Assembly (NCBI GenBank): GCA_904063045.1
Contig: CAJFCJ010000009.1
Location: forward strand, 2,604,968-2,668,967
Direction: 5' to 3'
DNA length: 64,000 bases
Source of the DNA: Dimorphilus gyrociliatus
Lineage: Eukaryota; Animalia; Annelida
Part shown: piece after piece, positions 37,030 to 49,800 of the stretch
Layout of the letters: the number at the start of each line of letters is the position of its first letter
Position numbering within the stretch: the first letter of the stretch is position 1
Program-made: the position numbers and the translations under genes
The notes under the pieces: model-generated
What the model was told of the DNA's origin: nothing
Database searches by the model: none
What the model saw: only the letters and a program-made list of their open reading frames with translations

Positions 37030-38044
37030 ATGTTGAGAATTTTCACCTCCAGAGTAGCATCTGTTGTTGAGACAGCAGCGAGAGCCAATTTGAGTGCCAC
37101 ATCAATCGGTTAATTTTACTTTTTTCTATTGCTTCTGAATATACAAGCGTAAATAATTATTCGGTATGGGCGATATAGCAAGACAGTTGACATACGTTAT
37201 ACTAACCTCCAAAAACTCTATATTTATCTATTAATGAATTTTAATCATAATTGTAGAATGTAGATATCGCTATTGTAAGCTTAAAATATATCTGTTATCC
37301 ACTGAGAAAATTTGATGCAGGATTGCTTGGGCTTATCCTCGGTCCTCTTGATAATTTGCCCTTGTCATGATACATAATAATTTAGAATCACAGAATAATT
37401 TACTTTGAAAGAATACGCTAAACCACACAAATTGAAACGTTTAATGTTTTTATCAATATAGAAACTCGTGTAAAATATAGGCCTACGTAAATCCTTGGTT
37501 AACCTTCATAATTTTGTTATTATTGAAGTAGAATTATGGCTAGAAGCAAAGTTTATTTTGTATACAAGAACTATGTCCTAATTAAATGTTATATTGTTAT
37601 ATTTGCTACAGTCTCAAGACGCTGTATGTCGAAACATGTAGTCGAGTCTGAAGAAGAATTCGACGCCAGGTACGAAAGTTTCTTCAACCGTCCAGATATC
37701 GATGGATGGGAAGTGAGAAAAGCCATGAACGACATCCACGCCGACGATTTGGTCCCAGAACCCAAGATTGTTATTGCGGCCCTCAAAGCTTGTCGTAGAA
37801 TTAATGATTACGCTCTAGCCGTTCGTTATTTGGAAGCTATTAAGGTAAATTGTATGCTTTGTTTTATAGAGAATAATAATCTTTTTTGGTTTAGGACAAA
37901 ACTGGACCTAAACAAGGTGAAATTTGGCCATATATGCTGAAGGAATTACAACCAACCTTATCAGAATTGGGAATTTCCACCCCAGAAGAAATGGGCTATG
38001 ATAAACCGGAATTTGCATCCGAAAGTGTTTATGATATGCATTAA
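37030..38044 (+). CDS. COX5A: Cytochrome c oxidase subunit 5A (exons 37030-37108, 37612-37844, 37895-38044)
   Basis: Mitochondrial presequence [11 protein letters not shown].., then [54 protein letters not shown]|[17 protein letters not shown]. Confidence 0.96.
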
Positions 38045-38755
38045 GGAGAACATTTGTTGTAAAATCAAGACGATAGAAGTCAATTATAAATTAATTCCGG
38101 ACTAACTTTTTCATTCTTAAATAAAGCCGGCAATAGGTATGATAAAAATAAAGTGTGCTTGATAGAACCGGTTTGGAATACATTAAGCAAAAATTCGTTT
38201 ACAAAAGAAGAAAGTCATACTTTCATCGTAATTACTTTAGAGCGCATTTGAACTTTCTATAGTTCACCTCATATAATGAGATTTTCCTAAGTGCACAAAG
38301 ACACGATAAGAAACAAAAAGTATCCAAAAACAACTAAAATATATTGATTTCCGAACAGTTATTAACTAGTCATATATCATTTTGCAATAGAAACGCCTGA
38401 AAGCTTTGTAGCTTGAAAGGATAGGCGTTCTTTTAATTCAAAGTAAAATCGTTTTTATTTCCTTCATATCAACACCAAATAACTAATTATTATATAGTGT
38501 ATTTGACGGTGATATGTCGGGTTTTTTGACGTTTTATAATAGATATTCTATATTTAAAAGTATTAAAAAAAGAGATTTCATTAAAAGACAAAAGTACAAT
38601 TAACATATCTTCTCTTTATCTTTATTTATCGTTAATAACATGTTATTTTAACTGTACAAACACGAGGATGGATATACAGAGATGTGTACTTTCTTTCTAT
38701 CTCAATCTCGCTCTCTTTCTCTCTTTATCTTTGATAGGAAACAAAACGTCGCTCT

Positions 38756-41700
38756 CTAGCAAAATTGTTCTCTATGCCTTTTAGGTCTACAAGTACAACT
38801 ATTTAGCTTCATATATGGTTCTGAAAATCTCCTCTGATTCGGGCAACGAAATTCGACATCTATAACGTCAAAATCTTTTGGATAGCAACATTTCTTCTTT
38901 TTACAATTCGAACAGTAATTTAGTTTATATTTGACGGCACTCCGACATCCTTTGTACTCTAAATATTTGATTTCGTCACGAAACTTCCACGTAGCTGGAC
39001 ACTTTTCTTTTTTATTTTTCATATGTTCGTCTATTAAATGGCATGTTCTTATCATGCACAGTCTCTTCTCTTTTATTTTTGCGCAATTTTCATTATCATT
39101 CCGAACACGGAACGATATACCCATTCCACACGATTTTGTGCAGGGAGACCATACGGAAGTTACATTTGGACAGGGTACTCTCGACGGAGTTGGTTCAGGA
39201 TTTGACGGAGGATCCAAAATAAGTGGACAAACCCATTCTTTGCAACATTTATTACCAATATTAATAAGTAAAGGATTTCTACAGTGTCTAGAACGTGGTG
39301 CCCTTTCCTCATGAAGACACTTATTAACGCAAGTAACAACACCATTTTGACAGGTACACTTATACCGACAAGATTCACCATCGAATTTATCACCATCCTT
39401 ATAAAATACTCCATTGAAATTACACTTTTTTGCGTATTGACTTTTCACTGAAAAAGAGAGAAATAAAAACATCAATAAAATTCATTGAATAACTTAATTT
39501 GTAATTATCAAATAAAAGTCTCAACTATCTGCTTTCTGTTTTATAATTAATTCTAAACGCTTAAGATTTTCTCCTATTCTTTGTGCTCTATAAAGCTTCA
39601 GATAAATTGATTCTTTTCTTTTTTTTAAGGTTTTGCTTGTTAAATTATAAGAATAAATGACCTTATTCCATCCGACTGTTGTATAATAGCAAGATTCTTA
39701 GGGAATAATTATTAAATTAATGCATTAAATTAAAAAAATTGCAGAAAAATTACAGCAATTCCAGATTTTTTTTAATGGAGACCCTCTTTAGAGATTTATC
39801 TCTAATTGTTTTCTTATCGATTTTTTCACAATAATTCTTACTTTTAGATCAAGAAACGGAAAATAACAAAGTAATATACATCCACTCTATATTTTTAATA
39901 TAAAGAAACTGCAATGGAAAATTGCAGTATATATATATATATATATATATTTATTAAGGAGATATTTGATATGAAATTAGAAGCAGTCTTTCTGTCATAT
40001 TTAATTTCTAAGTTCAAAGGAATTTTATTACAGCTGCAATAAAAAAGGACAATAGATCGACATGTTTTTATTTTAGGGAGCGTCTATTAAGTAACCTTAT
40101 CATTCATCAGGTATGTGGTTGCGAGTCTATTTCAATACAAGCTCACTCTCTGTTGATTCTACGAATTTTCTCTTTCAATTAAGATGAAACACAAGAAACA
40201 GTCGTTTACAACTACGACTACTTCTATAAAGAACTGGAGAAAAGGATGTAAAAGTGTATCAAAGAGGTATATATAGAAGAAAAGGAAGAGAATTAGAAAA
40301 GGACGAAAGTAGAGAGATGGAGAGAAGGAATAAAAGTTTTCGTGATTTCCAGCAAAGAATAATCAAAGGTTGTTAATTTGTAAAGAGTAGAATTTCAATC
40401 ATGTGTCAACTTCAAAAGTTTTTGGACAGAGAGTTTAACAATTCTACCTTATCTATACGAGCTAAAAATAGCATTATTTTGAGGAGCATTTAGTCTTTAA
40501 GCTCCATTTTACTATTCATATTATCAATCGTTCTTTTATATTTGCTGGGTTACTTTCATCTCCTCTCTATCCTCTCTCTTTCTCTTCTTCGTAACTTATT
40601 TGCATGTATTTTGTAAAATTATAGCTAGTACAAGTTCTTTTTTATTGATTTTTCATGTTTATTCTTATTCTTTTGTTTCCCTTTAATTCTTGTAATTTTT
40701 TCAATTTATAAAAATTCCGTTTACATCCGCAAACAATAGTCCTATATGTCAACTCACCTTTGCACCTTCCTCTAACCTCTCTCCTCTCTTCATTATCGCA
40801 ATACAAGTGTTTCTCTTCATCGCAGACGTGTTTGTAATCGCAGTAATCTCCGTACTGTCGGGCGCAAACTTGACAACATCCGCAACCATCTTTCACCTTT
40901 CGTATACCGTCCATACATTTTTCGACCTGACATTCGTCGCATTTACTGTATTTTGTACATCTTCCTGCCTCCTGTAATCGATAAAGAGTAAGTAGTTTAA
41001 AGAAACATCCACGAGACAAAGCTTTTTTTCATTAAATAATAATTTGAAAAGAGTAACACCAATCATAAAAAGTTCGGTGGAAAACCTTTAGGGATGGAAA
41101 AATGTTCCCCTAATTGTTTCTTTGGGATAAACTATGAGAATATTGTAAGAATTTCTTATGGCCTCTATGAATTCTATAAATAGATTTATGGGCGGGATAA
41201 AGAAGGGTAGGGAAGAATGAGGGATGGTGATTAGTTGGATTTTTTTCCTGTTTAGACATGTCATGTTTGTGTTCATCATTAGTCATTGTCGCCGGATGAC
41301 TGGCTGGCAACATAAAAAGAAAATTTGAAAAATCGCTACTGGAAACGCTTATTCGTGCGTCTATTTTCCGTTGTGTATTAGCCAGAGTATCTATGAATAT
41401 TATGTGTATATATATATTAGTTCTATGTATACCATATTATAACTGTATTGAGTTTGTCAACCCCTATTTCCCAACTGCTTCTTCGTTCTATTTATTTCCA
41501 TCGTTAATGCCTCGCACAATTTAAGGAAACGCCCTTCAAAAATTTTTCATCAGGGAAAGACGCTATCGTTCCTCCCCTCCTTGCTTCCTTGTCTCTATCT
41601 AATATTTTATATTCTTGTCTATCTTTCTCTGCTTTTATTATTTTTCTTATAGGAAATTTTGTCACCAAACCAGGACAGTGGGATGGGAAAAGAGTGAAAA

Positions 41701-43250
41701 GTTCTTTTTTTACGAAAATCATAGTTTGTTTACTCTGCGAGTAGCGTCTATAATTTCGAAATATAATAGGCCTATAGATATTCTATATTCCAAGTCGTTC
41801 TCCCCTAGCTTAATGTGAGTAAATATACCATAAAACTGCTTTCGTGAGAGAAACGAATTTATTATCAATTTGGTAGCGGCAAAGATAGGTCATAATCATT
41901 GTTATTTACACCATTTATAATTCATTTTTAATAAATATATAGTATACTGAATATATCTAGGCGTCAATGTTGACATACATAGATATCATAGTCGCTTAGA
42001 CGCCTATTTATAGCCTATTGTATATAGTATACCTACAAACAATTTGTAAATAGTATTAGACTAATATGTATTGTATATAGGAAAAGGATAAATAAAGGAA
42101 AAATTTCGTGCATATGCAAATTGTATAAATATTAATGGGTTCATATCTAATTCTTATCAATTATTAAGAAAACAAATAAGTTGAGAAGAGGAATAGATAC
42201 CGTTGATCGACTAGAGAGAACAGAAAAAAGGGAGGAAGAGGGAGGGACGAAGGGAGGGATTTTTTGAAGTCCGATAGACGGCAACATATTATTTCACGGT
42301 TGGCAAATCCTAATGGACTTTTGCCGCTTGTTGTCTTAATTGAAAATCTTCAATTTATATACACATAGCAACTGCTATTTATAGATATCAAAAAGTTGGA
42401 AGCTAGAACAAGCAAAAGGGTAGCCTTGGATGTCTGCAGCCTGGAGTAGGGGTGATATTTGCTATTGCGTCGTAAAATGCAGCAATTTACCGAGTAAATG
42501 ATACTCTAGTGAGAAGAAAAGGAAAACGGCAAAGGAAAGAAAAGAGATAGGATTTTTTTCCCCTTTCTTACTCCTTTTTATGCAATGCATCGATTCGGTC
42601 GCTACGAATTAAACGACTAGTCGCTTAATTGTTTTAGCCAAAGGGGGGTATAGAAATAGTAAAGGGTATATAGTAGCCATTTGAAAGGGCGTTAAAGATT
42701 CTTTCATCTTGTACCAAAATTAAGCTGCTATTTATAATCTACATTATTCATTCTTTACTTTTACATTAAACAATCGGTTTTTAGAAATCTTTCGAGCTTT
42801 GGAGGTCAGCCTGTAAGACTAGTTTTTTAAAGAATTGGGTTAGTAGGCAGCACAATTATACGACTAATACTGGAACTTTAGCGTGATGTATGGAAATAAA
42901 CGGTATAGCCTAATCAAAATGCAGGGCGAAAATCGCTTGTGAAGTGGCGCGAATTAGTCTGCGCTGACCAACGCGGACTTAGTTCATGAATACGAAAAGA
43001 GTACAGTTGTTTGTCCATAAATCGATAGGAAACCCCCTCCCCACTTCTCCCTACTTTTCTTAGTTTTTCCATCCTTATGTCACCTATTTGTCCATTTACC
43101 TATACAATTAATCAGAATCAAAGACTCTCCTCTAATTAGGATCTACAGATTTACATCAAGGAAACAAACTGTTACGATAAAAGAGAAAAAAAAGTGTTAA
43201 CCATCTCTCATTTATCTCAATCATTATCTTTTACAACTTGATTTCTTTCT

Positions 43251-43301
<51 letters not shown>

Positions 43302-44473
43302 CTACTACACTGTTATCATTCTCGCCTTTTTCCCTAGCTATTTTATTTCTTATTAATGGACTGGGATGGAATAGAAATTCAATAAAATCATAAAATTTAC
43401 AAAGGAAATTGTTTAATACGTATTAGACAACTCTATTTAGTACGGGGGAAAGAAATTACATTTATTACATCTATATCATATATTTATGAGGTAGGTCTAT
43501 TCTTTAGGCCTAGTACCCATATACGTATTATTTTAATTGTATAAACCCATAGCTCCCGCTCATGCCTTCCTCTCTTTCTCTCTCTCTCTCTCTCTTTCCC
43601 TCTGTTTTCCTTCTAAATTCCTATACATACAGATAGAGCAAACTGCTGTTATTTTTTCCCCGAGTTGTAAAAGATATTAAGCAAAGGGAAAAAGTTGATT
43701 GAACTGATTATTTTCCTATGAACAGAAGAATAACTTCGATAAAAAGTTCCAAGTTTGCGGGGGGTAACGCTTAATTATAAATCGTAGTGTGGTTTGTGGT
43801 ATTTAAACAGGCTTTTCTTTAATTTAAAGACTTTACTTTTACTTTATAAAAAAAAAACTATTAGTCTAAATTCTCTTTCTTTCGCTTCGAAAAAACATTC
43901 ACAAGTCTTCTGCTTCTATATGTTATTTTTAGGTAAGAGACGCCCTTTTGCATGCCTCTTTCCAAACTAAGAGAAGTGCGGAATTAGGCGTCAACCTCGT
44001 ACAAGATAATAACACGCTGATCACGTGATTTCCTATATCCTTTAAGTCACGTAATTTTTAAATTATTTTTTTTTGTGTATCTTTAACGGAAACTGACAAA
44101 AGAAAGTAATCGTCTTTTTTCTCCTTAATTACACAATAAAACCCTTTAATAACGTATTAAGTTTCTTATTCATCCATTGTTCTTTATTTGTAACGCACGA
44201 AGCGTAACTCTGCCCTCGTTCCTCATTTTTCCTCATTTTCATTTTAACTATCTTCCAATACCGAGTTACCGAGATTGTTAAGCTAACAAACCGGCTTATA
44301 AGTCGTTTGTCAACGTCGACAACGGTGTAAAAAAATAATACTTTTATGTGACCTATTATTGGTGTATATCAATACGTCGACGCTTCTAGTTAGTTTTTAA
44401 TAAATTAATTTTCAATGTTTACGGCAAAGTTAATTAATATTGATAAATTAAAAAAGAGAAGAGTATAGGGAAA

Positions 44474-44506
<33 letters not shown>

Positions 44507-45239
44507 AAAAGAATGAGATAGTACAGGATAAACCAAGTTAAACGATGAAATAGTTAAATAGGAGAATAAACGCAATGAGAGTTTGTTTACATAAAGATAG
44601 AATTTGATAATGGCGTTACTTTATTAGTTCGAATTAGACGTATATAAAAAAAAAGAGGTAAAACCAAAAGTGTATAAATAACATATATCTGTTTAATACT
44701 ATTAGCTAATATGTCAAAGTATGAAGTAAAGGTTTACTTGGCTATGAAAAATTCGGAAATAACCATATTTACCTAAAGGGAAAGAAACGGAATAAGTTAA
44801 TATCACAAGCAGATGCGTAATATCATTCGATAGTAATGCATATATAAGTTTTTCATAGAACACACTCTTCATCTTTGAGTACTTGTCGCAATTATGAAAT
44901 ATGTTTTCAAGTCTATTTATATACAGTATATACAGTATAATCTACTAGCTGAATAGCTTTATATTTGTACCAGAAACCTCTTTAATTGATCAATAATGAT
45001 ATTAACTATTTATAAACTCCTACTCTCTAATTCTCCTTTACCGTTTTGTTTGTTAATTATTTACAAACCTCGCTTGGATTGTGATGAGATCTCTTTGACA
45101 AACTTCTCACTTTCGGTAAACTTTTGTGGAGTAGACGCATTTTCATAAATTCACAATGGTAACAAGGAGCGTGTAGATCGGCTCCGATCTCCATCTCCAT
45201 GAGGAAGAGACCCAACAGCGAAAACTTGATAAATTCCAT
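38756..45239 (-). CDS. CCN-family matricellular protein (IGFBP-VWC-TSP1-CT). Exons 45239-45069 (inferred signal exon), 40971-40758, 39447-38756
   Basis: 12-Cys IGFBP domain with DGCGCCQVCARQ, VWC, TSP1 (WSPCTKSCGMGISFRV) and a 10-Cys cystine knot. Exon 1 (MEFIKFSLLGLFLME..) joins in phase 0 but is the least certain part of the model. Confidence 0.88.
43258..43300. repeat. (TC)n(TG)n compound microsatellite in CCN intron 1
   Basis: Direct run. Other (AG)/(TC) runs lie at about 10780-10800, 16145-16170, 43570-43595, 44475-44505 and 51610-51626. Confidence 0.9.
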
Positions 45240-45825
45240 AAAGAAAAGGGGATCTTGATAACTCGATGTGAGAAAGAAAAAAGCAAGAGATAGAAAACGC
45301 TTCTGGCCACGCTCAAACAAACAATACTAGACTCGTACAATTCGTTTGACGCCAGGCGTCTCTTTATAGCTAGTTCTCTTATAGACACTATTTCATATAT
45401 ATATATAGTATATATGCTTATTCTTTCATACTTCCATACTTTTTCAATATTTTTTACAATGATTCTTTATTTGATTCCATGAAGATTCGATAAGGTTTCC
45501 TGCTTCTCGTCCAGCTATAGCAATTAAAGCACAGTCATTGAAGAATAAATTCATACAGTTTGTCTCTTCTCAAATCTCACTTGTAACGTTTCTCCAATGA
45601 ATATTTAGTGTTATTTTTCTTGGTATTTTCAATAAGAATAAGAATTTCTATACAGGATTCGAGAAGAAAAGCATCAACTGCTAATAAAGAATCGAAAGGT
45701 AATTTGAAGAGGTTTATGTCTTAAAGAAGGATAAAGCAGAAGGAAATAATACTAAGCCCACATAGCCTTTGATCGTCGAGGTAACCGAGAAAAGTGAAAA
45801 AGTCAATGAGATAATCAGGCCTAAT

Positions 45826-45867
45826 CCGCCTTAGGCGGGAGAATATGTAACATGTACATGTTACATA
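45826..45867. repeat. Two adjacent inverted repeats: CCGCC-TTA-GGCGG (45826-45838) and the perfect 24-bp palindrome TATGTAACATGTACATGTTACATA (45844-45867)
   Basis: Self-complementarity verified by reading. Confidence 0.85.
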
Positions 45868-46855
45868 CGTAACACTTGCACAGTAGAGATATGTAATAGT
45901 TTAGCTATTTCTACATATAAAACAAAATTTCAGGTTATAAATATCACTAGAACGTAATTTATTCGAATTTCTTTTGGCCTAGCCCTTTATTTTGATGAAA
46001 GCGAGATATTTAGATGAAAAATACATAAAATACGGACATAGTTCTGTCTAAAATCTCTCCTTTACTCTATCTTATTCAACTTGCCAAGCTTTTGGTTCCT
46101 TTTCTATTAATTAGCCTAAAAGATAACCTTTTATCGTTTTTGTACTACGATCAATGTTTGAATAACGAATCAACGCTATTAATTTATAAAATACACCTGA
46201 AAAATATGGTCGTAAACGCATAGATCTATCGTTCTTTAATTTATCTTTGTTCTCTCCTAATCAAACATTCCCCTATGAAAAAAAACTATGGTAAATTATC
46301 TTTGTAATGCCGTGTCCTTGCAATCGTCTTTTTTGTGCTTTTCAATATGAAATATATTCCTAAGAGAATAACAAGTCAAATACAACCAAAAAAAAACCAT
46401 TTCCAATGAAATAGCATCATTTGAATAAATATGACAAACATATTCTATTCTTTCAATAGATGGCGTTATAAAAAAAATTTCTTTTAATACATACATTCAA
46501 TTAATTAATAATAAATTTTTCATAATTCAAACTCTCTAAATCAGAGTGACAAACTGACAAACTGACAAAACAAAAAAAAATCCCCCAAATCGTCTTAATG
46601 AAACACTGAGGAATTTTCATACAGTTGATGTTTTATATAGAGATTTCATTTTACGAATGTAAAGGAAAAGATGTAAAGTATAGATGTTTGTCAATTGCAA
46701 ACTACTTAAAATATTTCATTTGGGTTATTTTCCATATTTATATTCTGTATTTGATTTAAAGAACAACTGGAAGGATTAAAGATTTGTAAAAATAATTGGA
46801 AGACATTGAAATTATAGCACGAAATGTATGAAATATAATGTCGGTTTTTTATGTT

Positions 46856-49800
46856 CTAATTATCTTCTGCGGGAAGAGATTTACTTCTTGATTTTCTTCT
46901 ATCCTTCAGCTTCTTTAGGCGTTCGTTATCGTCCAGTTTTACCGGTGGTGCTTTAACTTCCCTTTGTATCGATTCCTATATAAAAGTAAAATATTATTAT
47001 AATTCTTACTTTACTTTAAACGATTAATGTTTACCTCAGTTGATAGAGCTATCCTATATCTTTCGTCTAGTTGTTTCGATAAACGTTCCATTTCTTCGGC
47101 GTTTTGAGGTATATTGGGTTTTTTGGATGATACCGGCGTTACTTCTCTAACAACAGACTTTTCGGTTCTGGCTCTTTCTAGTTGATCTCTCGTCTGTTTT
47201 CTCTGCCTTTCTCTCTCCTCTTGAAGATTTCTTTCCAATTGTATACGTTGCTCTTCACCACGAAGCAAAACTTCTTGTACTTCGCTCTGAGACTTTCTCC
47301 TCTGGCCCCTAAGACGTTTTTTAAACTGTTCTTCTTGTCGAGTCTTTTCCCTTTCGAGAGCTTCGGCTTTAGACGCAACGTCTCTTTTGAGACGAGCGAA
47401 TTCTTTTTCAGCCAAGCTATCGGAGAATTTCGTAGGTATAACAGTCTTTTCTCTTTGAAGGCCAGGAATTTGGACTTCGGCTGAAGTGGACCTCTTTGAT
47501 TTTATCGAACTAGAATCGATTAAACCATGATCTTCAATAGATTGTTTTCTTGATCGTTTCCTTTCGGCTAGCCTCTTTCGCATAAGTTCGGTTTGTCTAC
47601 TCCTCTCTTCCGAAATTTTCTGCTTAATTTTTTGTTCGTCCTCTTTCGACGCCTCTAAAACGGAAGCAACAGCTTCTTCCTGTCTCACTGTAAAAAATAA
47701 AGAAAATTAGTAATACTCAATGATTCTTTCGTAAGATGGCAAAGTTTAACAGATAAACGATTATATTACGTCTTAATTCCCTTTCAGATCTTCTAGCATC
47801 TAATTTGCTCAATGCTATTTTCTTCTGACGATCAATACTCCTAAGCAAAGCCGATTTCCTTCTTTCATAGTCTTCTTTTAATCTAAATTAACGTATAGAA
47901 TTTAAAGAAAAAATGTTACATGTCCTAAAGGCATAAAGGTAGAGAAAAGAAAACAAAACGTTACTTTGCCAATTCGGCATCAATATCAACTCCTTCACTC
48001 ATATTCTTTCTTATTTTAGACTCTTTATCATCGAATTCTTGTTTCAAATCTTTTTCTGCAGCCTCTACTTGTGTCTGTGAAAGTCCAGCTTCAACTTTTT
48101 CTTCCTCTCTAACTTTAAATAATAGAGAAGTTAGATTATCAAAGTATCCTTTTAAATTAGTATTCTTCTGATGTTTTAAAAGTCTTATCACTTCATCGCC
48201 ATGCATCTTTCCCATCTTATCACTAATTGCCATAATTTCCGCTTTTTGCAATTGTTGCAAGTCGGCTAAGAGGCTAATGGCAATTTGCTGTTGTATTTTT
48301 TCTGTATCCTCGTTTGGATTAACTAAATTATCCAGTTCAGCTTTTAAAAGACAAATATAGGATAAGTCTACACTCTCTTTCGTATTTAATGAATTTAAAA
48401 AAACAGGCCTAATAAAACGTCAGTTCTTACACGATTAGTTATAAAGAATTTAGCGTAGTACCTCTAGATTTCAGTAAAGCAGCCTTCTTTAGTATCGAAA
48501 ATTGCTTAGTTCTTTCATCTGCAACCTTTCTCAAGTGGACCTCCTTTTCTAATTCGGATAAATTGTCTGTGGACAGTTGTTCCATTTCTTGCCTCCAATT
48601 GGCTCTTTCTCCCTGCATATTCTCTAAATCAGACTTTATACTCTGAAAGTTGTAATTATAACGGAAGTAAAGATTAAAAAATAGGTATCATATGAAGGCA
48701 AAAGCTAATTAACCGGAGTGGTCATAGACATTAGTTGAGCTATAAGGTCTTTTTCTGAGGCTCCTGAGGCTAAAAGCCTTCCCAGTAACTTTCGCTCATT
48801 TGCATGGCATCTCTCTAACCTTTCCATAAATATATGATGCAAAGGTCCTATTCCTCTACTCTTAAGATCGTATAAAGCCCGTGAATCCTCTTCTTCTATC
48901 TTTTTGTCCTCTTCCAAGAGTTCATTATAAATTTCATCCTTAGTCTTATTTCTATACTTTAATCTCATAGCAGCTAATCTTTTAGTCGCCAATTCTCTTT
49001 GTCTTTCTCTCTCTGCTGTTATGGATTGTTCTGCCCTATTCCCTTCAGTTAATAATTCAGAAACAGCAGCTTTTAAATCGTTTTCTCTTTGTAAGCGTCT
49101 CTTCTCAGCTTTTTGTCTTGCCAATAACATTTGTTTTTCCTTTTCTGTCAATGCTCTAACAGTTTGAGATTTAAGTAGAGCAAGAAGAGCAGCTTGCTCT
49201 TCTTCAAAATGCATTTGAAGATCTTCGAGAACATTCTAAGAAAAGTCAAATAAAATACAATGATTAAAACAATGTATAAAAAAGTGTTTTTTTTTACCCG
49301 ACGTCGCTTTGACTTCTCTTCAATTTCTTCTTCGTCCAATAAAGCATCTATAAGAGCTGGATTTGTACTAAGTCCCTCTTGTTTTCTTTGATTTATTAAT
49401 TGTTTACTCCTATTAGCCCTATTTTCAATCCTTTCCTTTGATTCTTTCCAAGTGTCTCCAACTTCAATATCCATGTTACCTATTAATTCTTCAGCTTCAT
49501 TTAACCTCTTTTCTTTTCTTAATTGCTATTCATTTCAATTTTAAATATCACTGTTTCCTTTATTAGTTGAGAAAAAAATCCTACCTTTTCCTTTAATTTA
49601 ACTTCTATTAATAGATTTAGACGCTCTTCGTCACTTAACTTGTTCCAGGCCTCTTCGCCTCCTACTTTTTCTGTTAATGCACCTACTAAAATCTTATTTC
49701 TCATACTCTCATATTTCATATCTAAAACTTTCATCATTTCATCTTCAACTTTCTAAAATTATCAGAAAAAGCGTCTCCTTATTATTTGAATTAATGGAAT

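Noticed and set aside
36882-37100. 72-aa minus-strand ORF
   Set aside because: It is the antisense of COX5A exon 1 and its promoter.
36441-38044. PSENEN-COX5A as a polycistronic operon (283-bp gap, same strand)
   Set aside because: COX5A has its own promoter-like YY1 site, and nothing in the sequence requires trans-splicing.
41088-41313. Two minus-strand ORFs (63 and 67 aa) as the CCN first exon
   Set aside because: Neither has signal-peptide character or a usable donor. The 45239-45069 exon fits better.
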